From an uncultured Gemmatimonadaceae bacterium (GTDB lineage Bacteria; Gemmatimonadota; Gemmatimonadetes; Gemmatimonadales; Gemmatimonadaceae), in contig CAVUDW010000002.1 in assembly GCA_963740355.1 (NCBI GenBank), positions 64,001-128,000 of the forward strand: a DNA stretch of 64,000 bases. Direction: 5' to 3'. Every line of letters starts with the position of its first letter. The first letter of the stretch is position 1. The notes under the pieces are model-generated. The model was not told the origin of the DNA. It made no database searches and saw only the letters and a program-made list of their open reading frames with translations. The position numbers and the translations under genes are program-made. Positions 49,508-59,548 of this stretch are shown piece after piece.

Positions 49508-50984
49508 GGTCAGTGATGCGCATCACGCCGCCATCAGGCAACGGAATCGGGCGACCAGTCGCCCGCGCCAGGTCGGCGGCGGCAAGAAATACGTCATAGA
49601 TGGCGCGCGCAGCGTTGACTTGCGCACGCACGAGGTTGAGCTGCGCATCCGACACATCGAGCGTCGTGCCGACGCCGCGTGTGTTGCGCAACACTGAGAG
49701 ATCATACGCTTCGGTCGCCTCGGCCACCGTTTCGCGGCGGGCATCGAAGAGCGTGCGAGCGCGGCCGAATTCAGCGCGTGCCGCTGCCGCCTCGAGGGCA
49801 ACCTGTTCCTGCACCAACGCCAGCTGGATGTTCGACTGATCCACGAGCGCATGTGCGTTCTCGAGGTTCGACTTGGTGCGCAAGCCGTCGAAGATCGGCC
49901 ACGACACCTGGAAGCCGAAGTTGCGATCGGTGAACCAGCCGTTGTTCTGGCAGACGCGCCCAGTGACCGGTGGGTTGCAATTCCCGGCGCTGGTGGAGCC
50001 CCCCTTGGTGGGCAGTCCGTTGCTGGACGGGAGCGCGAGATAGCCCGACGTCAGCGTAGCGGTAACCGACGGAAAGAGATCCGCGCGTGCCACCTTCACA
50101 CCGGCTTCGCGCGCCGTGCGCGTCAACTCTGCTGCGCGCACGGCATTGCGAACAGCGCCCACATTGGGCGAGGTGTCGACGGTGGCGAGCAAGCGCTGGA
50201 CCGCCAAGGTGTCGAGTTCGGAGGTGAGCACCAGCGGGCGCTCCGACGGGACGTTGACGAGGCGACGCAGGTTGAGCACGGCGATCGCATAGTCGTTGCG
50301 CGCCTGCACCAGATCGGGTTCGAGATTGGCGCGCTCGACTTTCAGTCGCAGCACGTCGTACCGCGAGGCACGTCCGGCATCCTGCAGCTGCTGGGCCTGT
50401 GCGACACGCTGGTCGGCCAGCGTCAGGTTGCTCTGCTGAATTTCGATCAGGCGGCGCGTGAAGAGTGCGTTCAGGTAGGCACGTTCCACATCGACCACCA
50501 CCTGCCCGCGCACTTCGGCCGTGCTGGCGCGTGCGGCGCCGCGGACGGCGTTGGCCGCCTTCGCGCCGGCGAAGACGCGTCCGCCAAGAAACAGCGGCTG
50601 CGAGAGCTGTGCGTTGGCGGTGTATGTGTAGGCCTGACCGAACACGGCGCCGACGATCGTGGCGCGTGCATTCTCCACCACCTGGCTATAGCCGCTGTTG
50701 AGACGCAGTTGCGGCAATCCAGTGGAGCGGGCAATGCCAATCTGTGCTTCGGCGACATCGACCGAAGCGTTGGCGGAGCGAACTTCCTCGCCATCGCGCA
50801 GCGCGCGCAGCACCGCGGCGTCGAAGGAGAGGGTGAGGGTATCAGTGGCAAGCCGTTCGTTCCGTGAGATCGGCGCGCGCGAGGACTGCGCGCCGGCGGC
50901 TGACGAGGCGATGGCAAGGGTGATAGCGACGACAAAACGCCCGCGACGACGATTCGCCGGGCGGTGGCGGTTAGGGGCTGACAT
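49476..50984 (-). CDS. TolC-family outer-membrane efflux protein
   Basis: LSQPLFLGG, SWPIFDG, LDVSDAQ. Confidence 0.9.
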   Translation of the reverse strand: MSAPNRHRPANRRRGRFVVAITLAIASSAAGAQSSRAPISRNERLATDTLTLSFDAAVLRALRDGEEVRSANASVDVAEAQIGIARSTGLPQLRLNSGYSQVVENARATIVGAVFGQAYTYTANAQLSQPLFLGGRVFAGAKAANAVRGAARASTAEVRGQVVVDVERAYLNALFTRRLIEIQQSNLTLADQRVAQAQQLQDAGRASRYDVLRLKVERANLEPDLVQARNDYAIAVLNLRRLVNVPSERPLVLTSELDTLAVQRLLATVDTSPNVGAVRNAVRAAELTRTAREAGVKVARADLFPSVTATLTSGYLALPSSNGLPTKGGSTSAGNCNPPVTGRVCQNNGWFTDRNFGFQVSWPIFDGLRTKSNLENAHALVDQSNIQLALVQEQVALEAAAARAEFGRARTLFDARRETVAEATEAYDLSVLRNTRGVGTTLDVSDAQLNLVRAQVNAARAIYDVFLAAADLARATGRPIPLPDGGVMRITDRGADRVTTDR

Positions 50985-51056
50985 AGTCAGAGATGTACGC
51001 CGAAAGGGGCCGAAACGTTTGCCCCAAACGGATGTCGTGCTATTCTGAGGGCTGCC

Positions 51057-52130
51057 TCAGACGGCGGCGAGGCGGCGCATCATGACGACCTGGAGCGCCC
51101 GGACGACCTGCGGGTCGAGGAGGGCGCCGGCGACCGTGCCGAGATAGGCCAGCGAGTCGTCGGGTCGCATCGGGTCACGATAGGCGCGCTGCGACGTCAG
51201 GGCATCGAAGGCGTCGGCACCGGCCAGGATGCGTCCGCCAAGGGTGATGCTGTCGCCACGGATGCCGCGGGGATAGCCGCTGCCGTCCCAGTGCTCGTGA
51301 TGGTCGTGGATGAAGTCCAGCACGTGATCCAGCTGCTGCAACGGGCGCAGGATCTCGATCCCGATGCGCACATGCTGCTTCACATGCTCGAATTCCGTGA
51401 CGGTGAGTGCCGAGGGCTTGTTGAGAATTTCTTCTCGAATGCCAATCTTGCCCACGTCGTGGAGGCGCCCCGCGAGACGGATGCGTTCGACGATCTCCGG
51501 TTCCTGGCCCAGCTCGATCGCCATCTCGGCCGCGAGGTCAGCCACGCGCTGAGAATGGCCTCGCAAATAGACATCCTTCGCTTCCATTGCGATGATGAGC
51601 GTCTCCACGACGCTCACCGAGAGCAGGCGGAGGGATTCCTTCTCCCGCTCCAGCTCGGCGGTGCGCAGCTGCACCTCCTCCTGGATTCGGGTGTCGAACC
51701 GCTCCTTCTCCATGCGCGAATGGCGACGCGCGAGGGCGCGAATCACGGCATCCTGCAAGGCGCGGAGTTCGATCGGCTTGACGAGGTAGTCGATCGCGCC
51801 GCCGGCGAGCACATGGGCTGCTGTTGGCGCATCGTTGACGGCGCTGAGCATCAGCACGGCCAGGTTCGGATCGTGTTCGAGCACACGCGGCAACAGTTCC
51901 GGACCGGAAAGTCCCGGCATGCGCACATCGCAGATCATGGCATCGAACGAATTCGTCTCGAACTGCATCAGCGCATCGGTGCCGTTGCCGGCTGACTCGA
52001 CACCGTAGCCACAGCGCTGAAGAAACCGGACCATCGCGACGCGGATCGACTCGTCGTCATCAACGACAAGGATGCGTGCGAGCGGTGCCGGAGCCGGTTT
52101 CGGGGCGAGCGCCTGAATGGCAGTGGTCAC
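51057..52130 (-). CDS. Response regulator with HD-GYP (c-di-GMP phosphodiesterase) domain
   Basis: REC domain; HSQRVA, LHDVGKIG, HHEHWDGSGYP, RAYR; GTGA overlap with the upstream gene. Confidence 0.92.
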   Translation of the reverse strand: MTTAIQALAPKPAPAPLARILVVDDDESIRVAMVRFLQRCGYGVESAGNGTDALMQFETNSFDAMICDVRMPGLSGPELLPRVLEHDPNLAVLMLSAVNDAPTAAHVLAGGAIDYLVKPIELRALQDAVIRALARRHSRMEKERFDTRIQEEVQLRTAELEREKESLRLLSVSVVETLIIAMEAKDVYLRGHSQRVADLAAEMAIELGQEPEIVERIRLAGRLHDVGKIGIREEILNKPSALTVTEFEHVKQHVRIGIEILRPLQQLDHVLDFIHDHHEHWDGSGYPRGIRGDSITLGGRILAGADAFDALTSQRAYRDPMRPDDSLAYLGTVAGALLDPQVVRALQVVMMRRLAAV

Positions 52131-53872
52131 GAGGGCTGCTGCGGAGAGCCAATACGAAGTGGGATCGCCAAACGACGGATGGTGCGACCGTCGTCGGTGC
52201 GGATGACTGAAATGGTAGCACCATGGAGCTCCCATTCAGAAGGGACAATCCCAATTGGCACGCCATCATCCGCCACTGTTAGAACGGCCAAACCTCCTTC
52301 GAGGCCTGCGCGGATGTCGATCCGCCGCCGCGCCGAGCCGAGCAACGCCGTTTCGGATGAGACGAGTGCCGAGGCCAGCCAATCGCGCAGCGCGGCATGC
52401 GGCCATGGCACCGGCGGCAGCGATGGATCGACGCTGACGTTGGTGGTGATGGCGAGCGCCCGCTGCGTTTCCGCGCGTTCGCGCAGGATGTCATTGACCA
52501 GCATCTCGACCGCCACGGGATCGGGACAGCTATCCGCGTCGTCGGCCAAGCCGCGTAGTGTCCGAGCGGCATCACTCGCGCGCCGCGCGCTGCGCTGAAT
52601 CAGTGTGACGAGTTCGAGCACTTCGGGCGGCAACTCTTCATCGGCCAGCAATTCGGAGAGTGCGCTGATGCCGGCGATGGGCGAGGTGAGATCGTGCAAG
52701 CGGCCGGCGAGGGTGCTGCGCAACGCGTGCAGCGTCTCGAGACCAGGATCGGTTGGTGTGCGCGCGACGCGCACCATCAACACGTTCAGGGCTCGCGCCA
52801 GTGTGCCGGCCTGCTGCTCGATGCGGCGCGTCGCTTCGTGCGGTACGGGACGATCGGGATCGAACACGATGTCCACTCGACCGACGGCGACATCATGGTC
52901 GATCAAGGCAATCGATGCGCCGGGCAGGGCAGGGACGAGTGACCGCCAGCGCTCCGGCACCAGGTGACGCGCGTCCGGCATCTGCACGGCGCGCCGTTGC
53001 CTCGCGAGATGTTCGGCGCGATCGACATCGAGTGGCGTGCGCACGCCACGCAGTGCGGCGAGTGCACCAAGAGCGGCAGGAAAACGCAAGGCGCCACTGG
53101 TTCGCTCGCGCACCGCGATGCTCACGCCAAGGAAGGCGGGATCATCGAGGCGATGGATGATCGATGTCGCGAAGTCGTCAACGGTGACGGCCGACGCGGC
53201 GTCGAACAACATCGGCACCACGAAGTTCGACTCGGGCTGCGCGGTCGGCTCGTCGGCGACGACTCGTGCTCCGGTGCCACGCCGGCGAAGGACGAGCGCC
53301 GCAAGCGAACCCAGTTCGTGTGCGAAGGTGCCGTCAGCGACGGTGAACAGTCGGCCAGGGCCGCCGATGATGGAGATCACACCAACGGCGTGTTCACCAT
53401 CCACCAGCAGTGGTGCGGCGACGGCGCGCACAGGCGTACGTGCGATGACCGTGTCGGACCAGCGCACACCGGTGCTCGGATCCGCAAAGACCGCAGCGTG
53501 TGCAGTCAGCGCACGAGCAGCGAAGGCACGATCACGTGGCACACGTGATCCCGCTTCAACCGGGATTTCACCATGCGCTGCAACGACCACCAGCGCGTCG
53601 GAATCTTCCATGGTGAGCCCAACCCAGGCGCCAGCACCTTGCAACGACTCGACGGCAACCGTCAGCAGTCGTGCAAACGCGGCGTGTGTGGTGGGGAGCG
53701 TCTCGATTTCGTTGGCGAGCGCGCGCAACCGGCGCGAACGCGACGCATCATCGGCAGTGCCGCCACCACGCGATGCGCCACCAGCAGGCGCATCGGTGAT
53801 CGGCGGTTGCGGAATGAGCGGGGGAGTGGACGGACCCGTCACGTCGACGCCGCGAAACGGCGAATCAGGCAT
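52127..53872 (-). CDS. GAF-domain protein with HisKA-like helix and degenerate HATPase domain
   Basis: GAF (AAPLLVDGEHAVGVI); HDLTSPI; VADDG; no N-box Asn or GxGL box. Confidence 0.7.
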   Translation of the reverse strand: MPDSPFRGVDVTGPSTPPLIPQPPITDAPAGGASRGGGTADDASRSRRLRALANEIETLPTTHAAFARLLTVAVESLQGAGAWVGLTMEDSDALVVVAAHGEIPVEAGSRVPRDRAFAARALTAHAAVFADPSTGVRWSDTVIARTPVRAVAAPLLVDGEHAVGVISIIGGPGRLFTVADGTFAHELGSLAALVLRRRGTGARVVADEPTAQPESNFVVPMLFDAASAVTVDDFATSIIHRLDDPAFLGVSIAVRERTSGALRFPAALGALAALRGVRTPLDVDRAEHLARQRRAVQMPDARHLVPERWRSLVPALPGASIALIDHDVAVGRVDIVFDPDRPVPHEATRRIEQQAGTLARALNVLMVRVARTPTDPGLETLHALRSTLAGRLHDLTSPIAGISALSELLADEELPPEVLELVTLIQRSARRASDAARTLRGLADDADSCPDPVAVEMLVNDILRERAETQRALAITTNVSVDPSLPPVPWPHAALRDWLASALVSSETALLGSARRRIDIRAGLEGGLAVLTVADDGVPIGIVPSEWELHGATISVIRTDDGRTIRRLAIPLRIGSPQQPS

Positions 53873-53887
53873 CGACGCGCTCCGACA

Positions 53888-54742
53888 TTACTCGGCGAAT
53901 TCCACGGTGACGGCGTGCGGAATGAGGCCCGCTTCCGTGCCGCGCTGCAAGAAGAGCTGTACCGCTGCGCGGCCAGCATCGCCGTAGTCGAGGGTCCACT
54001 CATTCACATACATGCCGACAAACGTATCCGCCTGTGAGCGATCAAGTCCACGTGCGTACTTCATCGCGTGGTCGAGTGCGGCACGGCGATGTGTCAGGCC
54101 ATACGCAATGCTGTCGCGCAGATGGCGGCTGATCATGGCGATCAGGTCCGGGCCGAGGTCCTTGCGGATGATGTTGCCACCGAGGGGCAGCGGCAGCTGC
54201 GTTTCCTCGTGCCACCAGACGCCGAGGTCGAGCAGCATGTGCAGTCCGCGCTCGCCGAAGGTCAGCTGTCCTTCATGAATAAGGAGTCCGAGGTCGACTG
54301 TACCGTCGAGCACGGCATCCTCGATCTTGTCGAACGGTACGAAGACGGCTTCGAAGTCGGGTTCGTAGAGGCGCAGCGCGAGATAGGCGCTGGTGAGCGG
54401 ACCGGGCACGGCAATGCGTGCGCCCTTGATGGCATCGGGACCGCGCTTCATACGACCCACGACACGCGGGCCGTACTTGTCCCCCATCGATGCACCGTGC
54501 GGCAACAGCGCATAGTGATCGGAGAGATAGGCGAAGGCGTGAATCGAGACGGCAGTGACTTCGAGTTCCTGCTTCAGCGCGCGCTGGTTGAGCGTCTCGA
54601 TGTCCTGCAACTGGTGCACGTAGGCGAGCCCTTCGGTATCCACCTTGCCTTCGGCCAACGCGTAAAACATGAACGCGTCGTCCGAATCCGGGCTGTGCGC
54701 GACGGTGATGGTGCGAGTCGGTTCCATTGTTTTTTTAGTCAC
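53888..54742 (-). CDS. mqnD: 1,4-dihydroxy-6-naphthoate synthase (futalosine menaquinone pathway)
   Basis: AHSPDSDDAFMFYAL, DIETLN, IHEGQLT, LPLPLG, MYVNEWT. Confidence 0.9.
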   Translation of the reverse strand: MTKKTMEPTRTITVAHSPDSDDAFMFYALAEGKVDTEGLAYVHQLQDIETLNQRALKQELEVTAVSIHAFAYLSDHYALLPHGASMGDKYGPRVVGRMKRGPDAIKGARIAVPGPLTSAYLALRLYEPDFEAVFVPFDKIEDAVLDGTVDLGLLIHEGQLTFGERGLHMLLDLGVWWHEETQLPLPLGGNIIRKDLGPDLIAMISRHLRDSIAYGLTHRRAALDHAMKYARGLDRSQADTFVGMYVNEWTLDYGDAGRAAVQLFLQRGTEAGLIPHAVTVEFAE

Positions 54743-55530
54743 TTGACGTTCCGTCGCGCGCGAGCGAGCGCGCTGTCGAGGTCGATCTGCGTTACCTGGT
54801 ATTCCTGCAGGTTCTTGGCACGCTCTGCAGTTGCTGCCGCCAACAAACGTCGATCGAACTCTGCTTGTGCCTTGTATTCCTTGCGCATCCCTGCTGCAGT
54901 ACTGGCAAGTGAGAGGCCAAGCAGGTGTGTCGGCGATGCCTTGAGGATCGTATCCGCCTGCGCGGTGGCGATTTCCTTCACGTCAGCGAGTTCGGCGATG
55001 CGGCCGAGCTCGAAACGCTGGAGCAGCGTTGGCGTGGGAAGACTCTGGAACGACATCAGTGCCATCGGTGCGAAGAATTGCACCGAGTCACGCTTGCCCT
55101 GTTCGGCCAGCGAGACGACGCGGTTGAAGAGTCGCAGGGCCCGTTCGTCGGGCGACATGGCCGAGATGTCAGGCGCACGGACCGGACGCTCAGCGGCCGG
55201 ATCACCGACGGCGGGGGCACCGCCGCCGGCTGACGGATCGGAGACGAATGGACCGCCACCCGGGGCTGCGGCGACGGCCGGCGCTTCCGGAGAGGCGGGG
55301 CGACGGCCGAAGCGCTGGCCTGCGACGAGGGCGATCAGGGCGAGCAGCGCGATGGCGGCCACAGCCCACGGCAGGGTCTGGTTGGGCTGCTGGGCGCGGG
55401 CCGGAGCTGACGCGGGGGCCGGGGTGCCGGGGGCGTACACCGGTTCACCGACGGGCTGTCCGCACCGATGACAGAAGCGGGCGCCGGATGAGAGCTGTGC
55501 GCCGCAGGCCGCACAGAATGCAGACGACAT
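54739..55530 (-). CDS. Zinc-ribbon, TM and helical (TPR-like) domain protein
   Basis: FCAACG...FCHRCG; one TM; helical C-terminus. Confidence 0.78.
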   Translation of the reverse strand: MSSAFCAACGAQLSSGARFCHRCGQPVGEPVYAPGTPAPASAPARAQQPNQTLPWAVAAIALLALIALVAGQRFGRRPASPEAPAVAAAPGGGPFVSDPSAGGGAPAVGDPAAERPVRAPDISAMSPDERALRLFNRVVSLAEQGKRDSVQFFAPMALMSFQSLPTPTLLQRFELGRIAELADVKEIATAQADTILKASPTHLLGLSLASTAAGMRKEYKAQAEFDRRLLAAATAERAKNLQEYQVTQIDLDSALARARRNVK

Positions 55531-55643
55531 GGAAGGATCGGGAGGAGACATCGCGGTCCAGAGATGGCCCGCGGTAACCGAGCAATCTACATCCGCTCCG
55601 GGTTCCCTCGCTGGACGCCGTTTGCCGGGCGTAGCTTTGGCGG

Positions 55644-57005
55644 ATGACACCAGACACACCAGCCGCCAACGAGCTGCGGACCGCCTCGCCCGAGGACATT
55701 CAGGCACTGTTGCGGGACCAGGACATCCGGTTCCTGCGCCTGCAATTCACGGACATCCTGGGCGTGATCAAGAACGTGGAGATCCCGCGGAGCCAGTTCG
55801 CGAAGGCGCTGGCGGGGGACATCCTGTTCGACGGCAGCTCGATCGAGGGGTTCGTGCGGGTGGAGGAGAGCGACATGCTGCTGAAGCCGGACCTCTCGAC
55901 CTACCGCGCGCTGCCATTCGGCGCTCCGGGGTCGCAGGTCGCGCGGCTGATCTGCGACATCTCGATGCCCGATGGGGCGCCATTCGTGGGCGACCCGCGC
56001 GGCCGGCTGAAGGCGGTGCTGGCCCGGGCCGCGGCAATGGGCTTCACGATGAACGCCGGGATGGAGGCGGAGTTTTTCCTCTTCAAGCAGGACAGCACGG
56101 GCAAGGCGACCACGGACACACACGATGTGGGCGGCTATTTCGACCTCGCGCCGGTGGACCTGGGCGAGGAGGCGCGTCGCGCGATCGTGGACACGCTGGA
56201 GCAGATGGGCTTCGAGGTGGAAGCCAGTCATCACGAAGTAGCGCATGGTCAGCACGAGATCGACTTCCGCTATGCCGATGCGCTGACCACCGCCGACAAC
56301 CTGACCACGTTCCGGTTCGTGGTGAAGCAGGTGGCGCAGCGCTTCGGATTGAGCGCGAGCTTCATGCCGAAGCCGATCTTCGGGCAGAACGGCAGTGGCA
56401 TGCACACGCACCAGTCGCTCTTCCGCGGCAATGAAAATGCGTTCTGGCAGGCGGATGCGCCGTTCGAGTTGAGCCAGACGGCGTTGTACTACATCGGCGG
56501 GTTGTTGCGACATGCGCGCGGCTACTGCGCGGTGACGAATCCACTGGTGAACAGCTACAAGCGGCTGGTGCCGGGCTTCGAGGCGCCGATCAACGTGGCG
56601 TGGAGCATGCGCAATCGGTCGCCGATGCTGCGGATTCCGGCGCGTCGCGGCACGGGGACACGGGTGGAGCATCGGTTGCCGGATCCGAGTGCCAATCCGT
56701 ACCTGGCGCTGGCGGTGATGTTGTCGGCGGGGCTGGATGGGATCGAGACCCAGGCTGATTCACGCGAGCCGGTGGATACGAACATCTTCGAGATGAGTTA
56801 TCGCGAGAAGCGGCGGTTGCGGATTGATGATCTGCCGAGGGACTTGAACGAGGCGTGTGATGAGTTGGAGAAGGATGATGTGATTCGGGAGGCGTTGGGG
56901 GAGCACATTTTCCAGCACTTCCTGGCGGCGAAGCGGGCGGAGTGGGGGTTGTATTCGAGTGCGATCCATCCGTGGGAGGTGGAGCGGTATTTGATGAAGT
57001 ATTGA
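55644..57005 (+). CDS. glnA: Glutamine synthetase type I
   Basis: FDGSSIEGF, HHEVAHGQHEI, NGSGMHTH, NSYKRLVPGFEAP. Confidence 0.96.
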   Translation: MTPDTPAANELRTASPEDIQALLRDQDIRFLRLQFTDILGVIKNVEIPRSQFAKALAGDILFDGSSIEGFVRVEESDMLLKPDLSTYRALPFGAPGSQVARLICDISMPDGAPFVGDPRGRLKAVLARAAAMGFTMNAGMEAEFFLFKQDSTGKATTDTHDVGGYFDLAPVDLGEEARRAIVDTLEQMGFEVEASHHEVAHGQHEIDFRYADALTTADNLTTFRFVVKQVAQRFGLSASFMPKPIFGQNGSGMHTHQSLFRGNENAFWQADAPFELSQTALYYIGGLLRHARGYCAVTNPLVNSYKRLVPGFEAPINVAWSMRNRSPMLRIPARRGTGTRVEHRLPDPSANPYLALAVMLSAGLDGIETQADSREPVDTNIFEMSYREKRRLRIDDLPRDLNEACDELEKDDVIREALGEHIFQHFLAAKRAEWGLYSSAIHPWEVERYLMKY

Positions 57006-57152
57006 GGGGGCACGTGGGAGAACCCGGCAGAGCCGAGTGTTTCGTACAACTGATGCAGGCTTACTTTTGTACACGCAAGGAACTGTTGGCTCATCGAACG
57101 GCTGGTGCATTCATTCGCGAAACGCGCAGCTGCAACCGAGCCGACGCGTGAC

Positions 57153-58811
57153 TCACGGCACTTCGGTCCTGCCGTTTCGGGACCAGAGCAACACCGTTCC
57201 GCACTGATTGCCGGATCGCCGAAAACCGTCCGGTACGTCGCGCGGCTTTGCGTAAAGCTCCATTGCTCCAATCTCGGCGCCGGACGTCCGTCGCAGCGCG
57301 GCAGCACCCACGCGTTCGCCGTCGAGAAACAGTTTGAGCAAGCAGGTCGCAGAGGCACCAGACGCACCTGCTGACGCGATGACTGGCAAGAATGCTCCGG
57401 TAGTCCAGCCTTCGGCGAGATCCACATCGTCGTCGCGCGGCGGCGCGGGAACACCGTCCGGGACGACGAACAGGCTCACGCCTTCGAAGCGACGTAGCAG
57501 TTCAACGGCCGTTGCCGGCGCGGACGATTCCCATTGCGTTGAGTCGAGAAAGACGCCGATACCGAAGCGACGACGTTCCCCAAATGTGCGGCGCCAATCG
57601 CGAGCAGTTCGTGCTGCCGCACTCGTGGCCACGATCAGCTTTCCACCAACAATCACCTGATCGCCGGATGCGCGACTCGTCGCACGATCGGTCGCACGAG
57701 GTGGTGGGCCACTCGACTGTCGGGATACGCCACCTGGATGCGCGGTCTCCCCAATCGTATGTGCGACGAACGTTGCGTTGAGTGCCTCGACCGCACCGCC
57801 GACCTCGTGATATCCGGTCAGTCGTGGACCCCGGGCCCATGCCACACGCACCATGCGCGGCATCCGGATCGACCACGAAGTCACGATCCAGTTGCCGTCC
57901 GGCAGTTGGTCGAACCGCACGTCACCACCGGCATGTGCAGTGCCCGCCGGAAACAGGCTGTCGGCATTTACGAACTTGAAGACGATGCGTTGCAGCGCGC
58001 CGCTCGCCGCATCCACATACGCGGTTCCGGTAATGTCAGGCTGTCGCTGTGACGGCGACGGACGGAATCGTAGTTCGGCGAGCGCCGGATTTTCGTCAAC
58101 GTCCGGGGTATCAAAGCAATGTGTCGCGGCGAACGACTCGGAGAGCAGGGCGTTCTCATCGGGCGCGAAATACTGCAGCGTGCGGTTGGCGTCAGATCGC
58201 ACGTAGCCATGCACTGCCAGTGAATCGGGATGCGCGGCAGCGAACGGCCGCCCAAGCCCACGCCGAATCTGCACGGGGGATTCGTTGACGACTGTCAGTG
58301 CACGATCAAGGTCGCGGTCGTAAGTGGCCGCTCGTAGTGATACATCGCTGGTGCGGTTCCGCTCCGCCGTGGTTGATGAGCGCAAGGCGAGCGTCACCTG
58401 CTCCCAGAGCATGGACGTCCTGTCGTGCCGGTCATCGGCACGTGAACAACTTCCGCTCGCTGCGACGACGCGCGTTGCCGGCAACGAGAAACTCATGCTC
58501 CGCATGTCGATCGCGACGCTCACGACTTCACCGTTGCGCACGAGGCGAACCGCACCGACGCGCGGCTCGAGTCCGATGCGACGTACCGACACCACCCAGC
58601 GTCCCGCGACCGGCAAGCGAATCGTGACCTGCCCTGCGTCATTGGTCAGCGCGTGCGCGACTTGCCCGCCGCTGTCGTTCCGTGCCGTGACGAGTGCGCG
58701 TGCCACCGCTGCGCCTGTAAGCGAATCGCGCGCGTGCACACGAATTTCCTGACCAGTACCGACTTTGGCTATGATCAAGGACAGCAACAGCGCAATCAGT
58801 AGGCGACACAT
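57153..58811 (-). CDS. Secreted protein with carboxypeptidase-regulatory-like N-domain and TonB-plug-like C-domain
   Basis: Signal peptide; DSLTGAAV...TNDAGQ...VRRIG; C-terminal FLDG...EIGAMELY...CGTVLLWS. Confidence 0.72.
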   Translation of the reverse strand: MCRLLIALLLSLIIAKVGTGQEIRVHARDSLTGAAVARALVTARNDSGGQVAHALTNDAGQVTIRLPVAGRWVVSVRRIGLEPRVGAVRLVRNGEVVSVAIDMRSMSFSLPATRVVAASGSCSRADDRHDRTSMLWEQVTLALRSSTTAERNRTSDVSLRAATYDRDLDRALTVVNESPVQIRRGLGRPFAAAHPDSLAVHGYVRSDANRTLQYFAPDENALLSESFAATHCFDTPDVDENPALAELRFRPSPSQRQPDITGTAYVDAASGALQRIVFKFVNADSLFPAGTAHAGGDVRFDQLPDGNWIVTSWSIRMPRMVRVAWARGPRLTGYHEVGGAVEALNATFVAHTIGETAHPGGVSRQSSGPPPRATDRATSRASGDQVIVGGKLIVATSAAARTARDWRRTFGERRRFGIGVFLDSTQWESSAPATAVELLRRFEGVSLFVVPDGVPAPPRDDDVDLAEGWTTGAFLPVIASAGASGASATCLLKLFLDGERVGAAALRRTSGAEIGAMELYAKPRDVPDGFRRSGNQCGTVLLWSRNGRTEVP

Positions 58812-58906
58812 CAACTGTCTCGTCGCGTTCAGCCGAAGTTGGATGCAGTACGCCACGGGTTGAAGAGATAGTCTGCGAATGAAACCATGGCAAATTCCAC
58901 CGTGTT

Positions 58907-58930
58907 TCTCTCTCTCTCTCTCTCTCTCTC
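58907..58930. repeat. (TC)12 simple sequence repeat
   Basis: Twelve perfect TC units in intergenic DNA. Confidence 0.95.
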
Positions 58931-58967
58931 TGTGAAATCCTTCAAGGGTCGTGTGCGCTAGCCCGCG

Positions 58968-59444
58968 TCAGGTGCGTTTTGATTGCTCCGCAACGCCTAC
59001 CACACGGTCAAGGTTGTCGATCAGCCGGTTCAGTAACACGATAAGCTGCGAGGCTTCCTCATCGCTGAAACCCTCCAGCACCTCCCGGTTGCCCTGAAAC
59101 AGCGCCGCACACGCCACCGGCAATCGTGTTCTCGCGACCTTCGTGATCGAGACCTGACTGCTGCGACCATCCGCTGGATCGGGTGTCCGCCGAATCAGCC
59201 CATCGCGCTCCATGCGCGCCAGCATCTGCGCCATCGATGGCTGCTCGATGCGGGCGAAACGGGCAAGATCGCGCTGCGTGTCGGCTTGCCCGTCCTGCAA
59301 TGCGACCAGCACCGGCAACTGGCCTACACCGAATCCCAGTGGCTTGAGGCGTGACTCGGCCAGACGCGCGAAGAGCCTGGCCGCGAGACTGATGAGATGG
59401 CCGGGTGTGGACAGCACCGCCAGGAAGGACTCGCTCTCTTGCAT
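58968..59444 (-). CDS. MarR-family transcriptional regulator
   Basis: TQRDLA...QPSMAQMLARMERDGLI...DPADGR. Confidence 0.92.
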   Translation of the reverse strand: MQESESFLAVLSTPGHLISLAARLFARLAESRLKPLGFGVGQLPVLVALQDGQADTQRDLARFARIEQPSMAQMLARMERDGLIRRTPDPADGRSSQVSITKVARTRLPVACAALFQGNREVLEGFSDEEASQLIVLLNRLIDNLDRVVGVAEQSKRT

Positions 59445-59475
59445 AGGCACCTATCTTAGTGCATAGTGGGCTATG
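59443..59475. promoter_or_regulatory. Two ATAG-N4-CTAT palindromes (probable MarR operators)
   Basis: ataggcacctat (59443-59454) and catagtgggctatg (59462-59475) in the divergent intergenic region. Confidence 0.6.
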
Positions 59476-59548
59476 TAAAGCCGGAGCGGCAGTATAAGCG
59501 GCGATCGGTTATCTGCACCACCCGACGATCCTCATGGAGAAACCACCG

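Noticed and set aside
55611..55626. Sigma54 promoter for glnA (TGGACGCCGTTTGC)
   Set aside because: GG-to-GC spacing is 9 nt, not the required 10
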